DNA of 3,995 nucleotides from a plasmid: NCBI RefSeq assembly GCF_055900595.2, contig NZ_JBVWEU010000011.1; one strand, 5' to 3'. Shown piece by piece: positions 1 to 3,995 of this stretch (position 1 is its first letter; each line of letters starts with the position of its first letter). The notes under the pieces were generated by a model. It saw only the letters and a program-made list of their open reading frames with translations, ran no database searches and was not told where the DNA came from. The position numbers and the translations under genes were made by a program.

Positions 1-225
1 ATGGAAATGACAGGTCGTAGTGAAAGAACTGTAAGAAAATATTTTTCTCAATCTCGTGACGATTACGAAAAAACAGCAATGGATCGTCGTCGTCAGGCTT
101 ACGAACTACGAAGCCAGGGGCTGAAATGGCAACAAGTAGCCGACAAAATGGGCTGTTCGTATCACGGAGCCGTTGCCCTGTATCGCCGTTATGTTGCCTT
201 AGATATGCCTCAAAACAGCCTGTAA
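1..225 (+). CDS. Small helix-turn-helix DNA-binding protein (sigma-70 region-4-like HTH); probably 5'-partial in this window, candidate RepB-like replication accessory/regulatory protein
   Basis: Open frame 1..225 ending in TAA. Residues ELRSQGLKWQQVADKMGCSYHGAVALYRRY have the G-x5-(I/V)A-x3-G-x-S...R spacing of a region-4/resolvase-type HTH. The first residues (MEMTGRSERTVRKY) look like the recognition-helix end of a second HTH whose first helix is missing, so the true start is probably upstream (see 3957..3995). Function is inferred from position next to rep. Confidence 0.55.
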   Translation: MEMTGRSERTVRKYFSQSRDDYEKTAMDRRRQAYELRSQGLKWQQVADKMGCSYHGAVALYRRYVALDMPQNSL

Positions 226-239
226 CGACTTCTAAGCAG

Positions 240-420
240 TTTTTCCCCCTAACCTAACCAAACCCTCCACCCCTGGGGGATTTTTTCCCCTTTCCCCGTA
301 TCCGGGCCCTGTATCTCGAACTGAGAGGCACTCAGGTACCCAACAATCAACAAACCCACCCATAAGCCCTGAGAGCCTCTCTGAGCCTTTTTAAGACCTC
401 CAGGCAAGCCTGGCAACCCT
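240..420 (+). other. C-rich, G-poor non-coding tract (3' UTR of the HTH gene) with short palindromes; rut-like or ssDNA-initiation-like, function unknown
   Basis: By hand count 241..420 has about 69 C versus 29 G on the + strand. Contains palindromes CCAGGC-aa-GCCTGG (~402..415), CTGAG-aggca-CTCAG (~322..336) and CCCC-t-GGGG (~270..278). No ORF with plausible composition. Confidence 0.3.
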
Positions 421-430
421 TCACAGTAAA

Positions 431-457
431 AAACCAGCCAAGATCGGCTGGTTTTTT
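431..457. terminator. Bidirectional rho-independent terminator shared by the convergent HTH gene (+) and mob operon (-)
   Basis: Hairpin CCAGCC(434..439)-aagatc-GGCTGG(446..451), extendable by A:T pairs (431..433 with 452..454), followed by TTTTTT (452..457) on + and preceded by AAAAAA so that the minus strand also reads a T-run after the stem. Lies 6 nt past the minus-strand stop at 463..465. Confidence 0.55.
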
Positions 458-462
458 ATTGT

Positions 463-747
463 TCACGGTTTACGATTTTCATTCTTCCACTCTTCTAAAA
501 TATTTAATCCTAATCGTGTGAATTCTTGTTTTTCTTCTTCGTCAAGTTCATTTATTTTACTTAACAACCCAAGAATTAAAGCCTTGTTAATTTCCTCCGG
601 TTTTTTACCTAAAACCTTAGCCACTTCTGCACCCAGGATTATTTTTTGTCTTGTTTCTTCCCTTCTGTCCTGTCTTGCTTTTTTTGTTCTTAATGCTTGT
701 AGTTTATTTTGCAAATCTGCGATCTGCTGTGCTGTCGTTTTACTCAT
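463..747 (-). CDS. mobC: Mobilization accessory protein, MobC (RSF1010-type) / TraD (Ti-plasmid-type) family
   Basis: 94-aa ORF. Motif RREETRQKIILGAEVAKVL matches, as I recall it, the conserved R-x-x-TR-x-K-I/V-x-LG-x-x-V core of small MobC/TraD oriT-accessory proteins. ATG at 747..745 sits 3 nt after the upstream TAA (753..751), with a GGGGGG Shine-Dalgarno at 759..754 inside the end of the upstream gene (translational coupling). Divergent from a relaxase gene across a putative oriT, as in MOBQ modules. Confidence 0.65.
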   Translation of the reverse strand: MSKTTAQQIADLQNKLQALRTKKARQDRREETRQKIILGAEVAKVLGKKPEEINKALILGLLSKINELDEEEKQEFTRLGLNILEEWKNENRKP

Positions 748-750
748 CCA

Positions 751-1134
751 TTACCCCCCAAAAATATTAAATGCCTTTTGCATTCCTCTAACATTTGAAT
801 ATTCAAAATGTTTAATAATGCACTCTGCTAAAATTAATTTTTCCTTGTCACTCAATTCATTTATTTTTTTAAAAACAAGGTTCTCATCCGTGTTAATGTC
901 TTTAATGCCTTCTGTTACCTTATCCTCGACAAGAGAACTAATTGCCGAGCTAAGGTAATACTCTAACCTTTCAAAATCTTTATGCCCGTTATCAGCAAAG
1001 AACTTTTTGTTTTTTATTATTTGCCCCGTAATAACATGCCCATGCTCTATTAATATGCTTTCAGATGCCTCTAATATGTATTTAAAAACACTTTCGATTT
1101 TTGCACCTTCTGCCTCTGTTATAAGTTTATTCAT
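751..1134 (-). CDS. Hypothetical protein, 127 aa, mildly acidic, no recognisable motif; first gene of the oriT-proximal minus-strand operon
   Basis: ATG at 1134..1132 preceded by a canonical AGGAGG (1145..1140) with a 5-nt spacer. Stop TAA at 753..751, immediately followed by the mobC start. Very AT-rich (about 23% GC in a sampled 60-nt stretch). No catalytic motif, signal peptide or transmembrane segment evident by eye. Confidence 0.6.
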   Translation of the reverse strand: MNKLITEAEGAKIESVFKYILEASESILIEHGHVITGQIIKNKKFFADNGHKDFERLEYYLSSAISSLVEDKVTEGIKDINTDENLVFKKINELSDKEKLILAECIIKHFEYSNVRGMQKAFNIFGG

Positions 1135-1163
1135 AATAACCTCCTAATTATTTATTTTGTTAT

Positions 1164-1192
1164 TTATTACCTCCATTATTTACTTTAGTCAA
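1164..1192 (-). promoter_or_regulatory. Candidate sigma-70 promoter for the minus-strand operon
   Basis: Minus strand reads TTGACT (1192..1187), a 17-nt spacer, then TAATAA (1169..1164), about 25 nt upstream of the AGGAGG RBS. Hexamer match only; not verified. Confidence 0.3.
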
Positions 1193-1259
1193 ATATATTT
1201 TAGAATAAAACAAATAATATTTAATATTGGGCGAAGCCTGGGGTTCATTACTTATTATT

Positions 1260-1288
1260 TTGAGGTGCAACCGAAAAAATAATATTAG
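1260..1288 (+). promoter_or_regulatory. Candidate sigma-70 promoter for the relaxase gene, with oriT in the leader
   Basis: TTGAGG (1260..1265), 17-nt spacer, TATTAG (1283..1288). The predicted start would place the inverted repeat at 1303..1318 in the 5' leader, consistent with relaxase autoregulation at oriT. Weak hexamers. Confidence 0.25.
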
Positions 1289-1302
1289 TAATGCCCACTT
1301 AC

Positions 1303-1330
1303 ACGTCGCTTGCGACGTATGGGCCCTGCG
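1303..1330. other. Putative origin of transfer (oriT) core: perfect 7-bp inverted repeat plus GC-rich nic-like segment
   Basis: ACGTCGC (1303..1309)-tt-GCGACGT (1312..1318) is a perfect inverted repeat, followed by ATGGGCCCTGCGGGGC, a GC-rich island in an otherwise AT-rich intergenic region, located between the divergent mob operon and the relaxase gene. The GGG/CCCT at 1321..1327 resembles the RSF1010/R1162 nic region (GCG/CCCT) as I recall it. Confidence 0.45.
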
Positions 1331-1377
1331 GGGCTAAAAACCAAAATTCAAAAGACAAAAAAAGTAAGGGGTAGACT

Positions 1378-2571
1378 ATGGCGACATTTCATATCAGCTT
1401 TAAAAAATTACGAAGATCAGAAGGTAAATCTTCGGTTTATTTATCTGCATATCAAAACCGAGAAAAGACAAAAGATAATCGAACCGGGGCAACCTGGGAT
1501 TATTCAAAAAAAGAGGGATTTTTCGGCTCTGCTATCCTCTCCCCTGCCGGCACACCTGCCGAACTGGTGAAGGACTCAGGCACCCTCTGGAATGCCGTAG
1601 AGGCTGGCGAGAAGCGAAAGGATGCCGAATTATGCCGTTATCTGGACATAGCCATCCCCAAGGAGCTGGACGACGGCCAGAAGAAGCAGATCGTCCTCGA
1701 TTACTGCCAAGAAAATTTCGTGGATTATGGAATGATTGCAGACATAGCATTTCATGATCTTGATAGTCATAACCCTCATGCTCATGTAATGCTAACTTTA
1801 AGAACTGTTAGCCCAAATGGATTTGGGAACAAACAAAGAGAATGGAATAATAGAGAAAACATTGAAGCCTGGCGAGTTAACTGGGAAATAATAGCAAATG
1901 ACCGATTAAAAAAATATGGTCATAAATCTCGTATTGACTCCCGTTCATTAAAAGACCAAAAAGAAGAGGCAGAAAGAAAGGCTGTTTTTGCTAAAACTCC
2001 GAAAGAGAAAGCCAAGTGGATTTCAAAAACTATTGAACTGGACAGAACGCCAATGACCAGGATACACAGGCACCAATGGCGAAAAGGTCAAAAATTAAGA
2101 GCTATGGAGCAAAAAGAAAAAGCATTATTATTAAAAATAGCTAATGCAACATACTTACAGCAAACCAAACCACCTCAGCCAGAGGAAACTATGAAAATAG
2201 AGAAAAAGCCTCTTGCAAGGTCAATCATTGATAATTTAAAGGCATTATACAAAAAGACCCAGCATATATTTAAATCAAAACCTAATGTAAATAAAAATAA
2301 AAAAGAAGAAAAAGAAGATCCTCAAAATTTCGTTAGTAGTTATGTAATAAATGAATTTGGCGAACATATATTAAAGACAGAGTTAGAAACAAAACCTAAA
2401 ACAGGCACAGGAACCGGAACCGGTGGAAATAATGGAGGCGGAAAAATGGGTTCAGGCTCTGGAATGTCTCCTATGAACCAACCACAACCAAAAATTGAAG
2501 AGCCTGAGCCGGAACCAATGCCGGAATTCGAAGATCAGCAACCTAAGAGGAAGAAGAAATTTGGAATGTAG
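1378..2571 (+). CDS. mobA: Conjugative relaxase, MobA/MobL (MOBQ) family, with low-complexity C-terminal tail
   Basis: 397-aa ORF with AAGGGG RBS (1366..1371) 6 nt before the ATG. N-terminus MATFHISFKKLRRSEGKSSVYLSAYQNRE matches the MobA/MobL N-terminal signature with the catalytic Tyr at residue 25 (TAT 1450..1452; compare RSF1010 MobA Y25). LWNAVEAGEKRKDAEL and the His triad HDLDSHNPHAHVMLT (H codons at 1753, 1777, 1783) are the conserved relaxase motifs. Confidence 0.9.
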   Translation: MATFHISFKKLRRSEGKSSVYLSAYQNREKTKDNRTGATWDYSKKEGFFGSAILSPAGTPAELVKDSGTLWNAVEAGEKRKDAELCRYLDIAIPKELDDGQKKQIVLDYCQENFVDYGMIADIAFHDLDSHNPHAHVMLTLRTVSPNGFGNKQREWNNRENIEAWRVNWEIIANDRLKKYGHKSRIDSRSLKDQKEEAERKAVFAKTPKEKAKWISKTIELDRTPMTRIHRHQWRKGQKLRAMEQKEKALLLKIANATYLQQTKPPQPEETMKIEKKPLARSIIDNLKALYKKTQHIFKSKPNVNKNKKEEKEDPQNFVSSYVINEFGEHILKTELETKPKTGTGTGTGGNNGGGKMGSGSGMSPMNQPQPKIEEPEPEPMPEFEDQQPKRKKKFGM

Positions 2572-2651
2572 TATATAGTGGTATATATTCCTATATAGTA
2601 GTATCACTTAATACAACTTAATATTATTTAATACTATACTATAAGATACTA
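2571..2651. repeat. Array of short direct repeats phased at about 10 bp (iteron-like or intrinsically bent DNA) just downstream of the relaxase stop
   Basis: (G/C)TATATA at 2571, 2581 and 2591; 13-mers TATATAGTGGTAT (2572..2584) and TATATAGTAGTAT (2592..2604) 20 bp apart; CTTAATA at 2607 and 2617 and TTTAATA at 2627; ATACTA at 2631, 2636 and 2646. No credible ORF on either strand. Confidence 0.5.
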
Positions 2652-2759
2652 CATTTTTAGAGTTGTGATCCTCGCCGGTTCTATTTCCCCTTTATGTATT
2701 GCCACAGCTTCATTAACTGACTTCATAAGCATTTTAAAAAATTTACTATGCTTATTTCT

Positions 2760-2870
2760 TTTCCGTTTTTTCTGCACTTTCTTTTTTTCATATATTCACC
2801 AAAAAAAATCGAATCGCCAATTTTTCTTCGAACAATACTCTTTTTTCTTTTTTTATTGTTTTTCTATCTT
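2760..2870. other. A/T-tract-rich segment, candidate DNA-unwinding element / origin or rep control region
   Basis: Multiple T5-T8 and A8 homopolymer runs (about 2767, 2782, 2802, 2821, 2843, 2851, 2862). The only ORF here (2665..3027) translates to F-rich low-complexity sequence, so the region is most likely non-coding. Confidence 0.3.
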
Positions 2871-2974
2871 CGGTAATGCTTCGCACCATAGATCTGATAG
2901 TAATGCTTTGCTGCCGTATGTAAAGAACTGCCCCAACTTCGTTGGGCTGTTATCTGATATGGTTAGACGCACAC

Positions 2975-3003
2975 TTGACAAATTTTTGAGATCGGTTAGA
3001 ACT
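2975..3003 (+). promoter_or_regulatory. Candidate rep promoter (perfect -35, weak -10)
   Basis: TTGACA at 2975..2980, followed at 16 nt by TAGAAC (2997..3002), about 100 nt upstream of the rep ATG. The -10 is poor, so this is tentative. Confidence 0.2.
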
Positions 3004-3106
3004 GGTACAGGATTGAAAAATCTATAAAAATAAAAACCCCACCCTCTGCGATTTTGTTTTGGCGACAGAAAACAGAGAGTAGGGCCAGATAAAAAGGACT
3101 GAAAAA

Positions 3107-3640
3107 ATGATAATACAAGAAGAACATAACATCGATTTTTTTAAAAATCAAATGCCTAACAAGCCTTATTGTACAAATAACCTCGATATGGGATTAAGCA
3201 TAAGGAACAAGGCAAAAGCCCTTGAAATGCTGTATTTACAGGCAAATCAGCCAGCCATTCAAACTTGCTTACTCTTTGATCTAGATAAGAAAAATTCATT
3301 CTATACATTTGAGCAGGTGGGCTTACCCATACCTCACTTTATTACAAAAACACCAAAAACAGGTCGTTGTCACTACGGCTATATGCTGAAAGCCGGGGTT
3401 TGTAAGACACAACAAGCAAGGTTAAAGCCGTTGAAGTATGCCGCAGCCGTTGAAATGGCTATGGCGAAAAAACTAAAAGCAGATCTGGGGTTTGCTGGAT
3501 TGATTACAAAAAACCCACTCAATGATCACTGGTCGCCGTTCTGGTCAGGTGCTGACCTTTATGACCTGGATTATTTAGCTGATTTTGTGGACTTAGAAAA
3601 GCCTCAAATACAAAAGAAAAAAGCGAGGCTTATGGTTTAG
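3107..3640 (+). CDS. rep: Plasmid replication initiator, N-terminal primase-like replicase domain (ColE2 / pAL5000 RepA-type); reading frame ends prematurely, probably by frameshift
   Basis: AAGGA RBS (3094..3098) 8 nt before the ATG. LLFDLD (acidic D-x-D motif) followed by PIPHFITKTPKTGRCHYGYML (G...H..Y motif) fits the archaeo-eukaryotic-primase-like replicase fold of plasmid Rep proteins. The frame stops at TAG 3638..3640 while the homologous C-terminal domain continues in the -1 frame. Confidence 0.7.
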   Translation: MIIQEEHNIDFFKNQMPNKPYCTNNLDMGLSIRNKAKALEMLYLQANQPAIQTCLLFDLDKKNSFYTFEQVGLPIPHFITKTPKTGRCHYGYMLKAGVCKTQQARLKPLKYAAAVEMAMAKKLKADLGFAGLITKNPLNDHWSPFWSGADLYDLDYLADFVDLEKPQIQKKKARLMV

Positions 3641-3654
3641 GTCGCAATGTTAAT

Positions 3655-3960
3655 TTGTTTGAAGATCTACGGCAATATGCTTACAGAACGGTTTTAAATT
3701 TCAAAAAAATATCCACTTTCGAGAAATTCGAAAACGAACTACTATTAAAGGCACAGGGCTTAAACACTTTTTGCAATCCACAAAACCCGTTACAATACAA
3801 AGAGATAAAAGCAACAGTTAGAAGTGTAGCCCGTTGGACTTGGAAAAATTTTGATAGCCATACATTTTCACAAATCCAATCAAACAGAGCCAAAAAACCT
3901 CGAAAAACCAATGTTAAAAATGAAATGTTAGACATATTAATGAGCAAGGGGGTTTTATGA
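3655..3960 (+). CDS. rep: Replication initiator C-terminal part, PriCT_1-like domain; the open frame actually begins at 3583, so this is probably the 3' portion of the same rep gene
   Basis: Translation of the open frame from 3583 gives ...KSEAYGLGRNVNLFEDLRQYAYR...EIKATVRSVARWTWKNF, matching the G-x-RN-x-x-LF...R and ...ARSVA(K/R)(W/Y) pattern of primase C-terminal-1 domains in ColE2-type Rep proteins. The GRN motif lies upstream of the first start-type codon (TTG 3655), which argues against an independent gene. Confidence 0.65.
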   Translation: MFEDLRQYAYRTVLNFKKISTFEKFENELLLKAQGLNTFCNPQNPLQYKEIKATVRSVARWTWKNFDSHTFSQIQSNRAKKPRKTNVKNEMLDILMSKGVL

Positions 3961-3995
3961 TCATTAATGGTAAAAAAATAAAAGCAAAAGAAATA
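3957..3995 (+). CDS. Probable 5' end of the HTH protein gene, running off the window end and in-frame with 1..225 if the replicon is circular
   Basis: ATG 3957..3959 overlaps the rep stop TGA (3958..3960) as ATGA and is preceded by AGGGGG (3947..3952) with a 4-nt spacer. The 13 codons MIINGKKIKAKEI are open to the window end; joined to position 1 they give ...KIKAKEIMEMTGRSERTVRKY, completing a plausible HTH. Confidence 0.4.
   Translation, partial: MIINGKKIKAKEI

Noticed and set aside
270-286. CCCC-t-GGGGG followed by TTTTTT as a terminator for the HTH gene
   Set aside because: A 4-bp stem with a 1-nt loop is too short for a stable terminator hairpin; the hairpin at 431..457 is the credible terminator.
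262-300. Possible G-quadruplex on the minus strand (GGGG-aaa-GGGG-...-GGGG-tgga-GGG)
   Set aside because: One loop would be about 13 nt, so the motif does not meet standard G4 criteria; reported only as part of the C-rich tract.
518-958. 146-aa ORF on the + strand
   Set aside because: Antisense to, and spanning the junction of, the two minus-strand genes that have proper RBSs; its translation is low-complexity (S/L/F/C-rich), typical of the reverse frame of an AT-rich gene.
1310-1570. 86-aa ORF on the + strand overlapping oriT and the relaxase 5' end
   Set aside because: Starts inside the putative oriT, has no RBS, and is out of frame with the strongly supported relaxase gene whose N-terminal signature begins at 1378.
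1532-1750. 72-aa ORF on the minus strand inside the relaxase gene
   Set aside because: Lies entirely within the GC-rich patch of the relaxase, antisense to conserved relaxase motifs; Arg/Ser/Pro/Gly-rich translation typical of spurious GC-rich reverse frames.
2665-3027. 120-aa ORF (GTG start) in the rep-upstream region
   Set aside because: The protein is dominated by Phe runs from T-tracts (FFFEQYSFFFFYCFSIF) with no RBS; the region is better explained as non-coding origin or control DNA.
3681-3947. 88-aa ORF on the minus strand
   Set aside because: Antisense to the PriCT_1-like part of rep, with no RBS and hydrophobic low-complexity translation; most likely a shadow ORF.
1-3995. Checked for transposase/IS ends, integrase, CRISPR repeats, tRNA/rRNA, toxin-antitoxin pairs and recognisable defence-system genes
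   Set aside because: No spaced direct repeats with unique spacers, no terminal inverted repeats flanking an ORF, no tRNA-like structure and no characteristic catalytic motifs were found; every sizeable ORF is accounted for by the mob and rep modules except the 127-aa hypothetical.

Overview
The window reads as the backbone of a small, AT-rich mobilizable plasmid; it may be a complete ~4 kb circle, but that is an inference from the sequence, not something I can confirm. Left to right: (i) a small HTH DNA-binding protein gene (1..225) whose 5' end is missing at the window start and appears to be supplied in-frame by 3957..3995 if the molecule is circular; (ii) a C-rich/G-poor non-coding tract and a bidirectional intrinsic terminator (~431..457); (iii) a minus-strand two-gene operon (751..1134 unknown 127-aa protein, then 463..747 MobC/TraD-family accessory protein); (iv) a divergent intergenic region (1135..1377) with a GC-rich perfect inverted repeat that I interpret as oriT; (v) a MOBQ-type MobA/MobL relaxase (1378..2571) with the N-terminal catalytic Tyr and the H-x-D...H-x-H motif; (vi) a ~530-bp AT-rich non-coding region with 10-bp-phased short repeats and A/T tracts (candidate origin/control region); (vii) a primase-like replication initiator (replicase domain plus PriCT_1-like domain) split into two reading frames at an A6 run (3107..3640 and 3583/3655..3960). 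No rRNA, tRNA, CRISPR array, transposase or IS end was seen. I do not see an obvious multi-gene defence or other novel system; the best candidates for novelty are the 127-aa oriT-proximal gene, the frameshifted rep, and the mosaic base composition. All family assignments rest on motif recognition by eye, not database searches.
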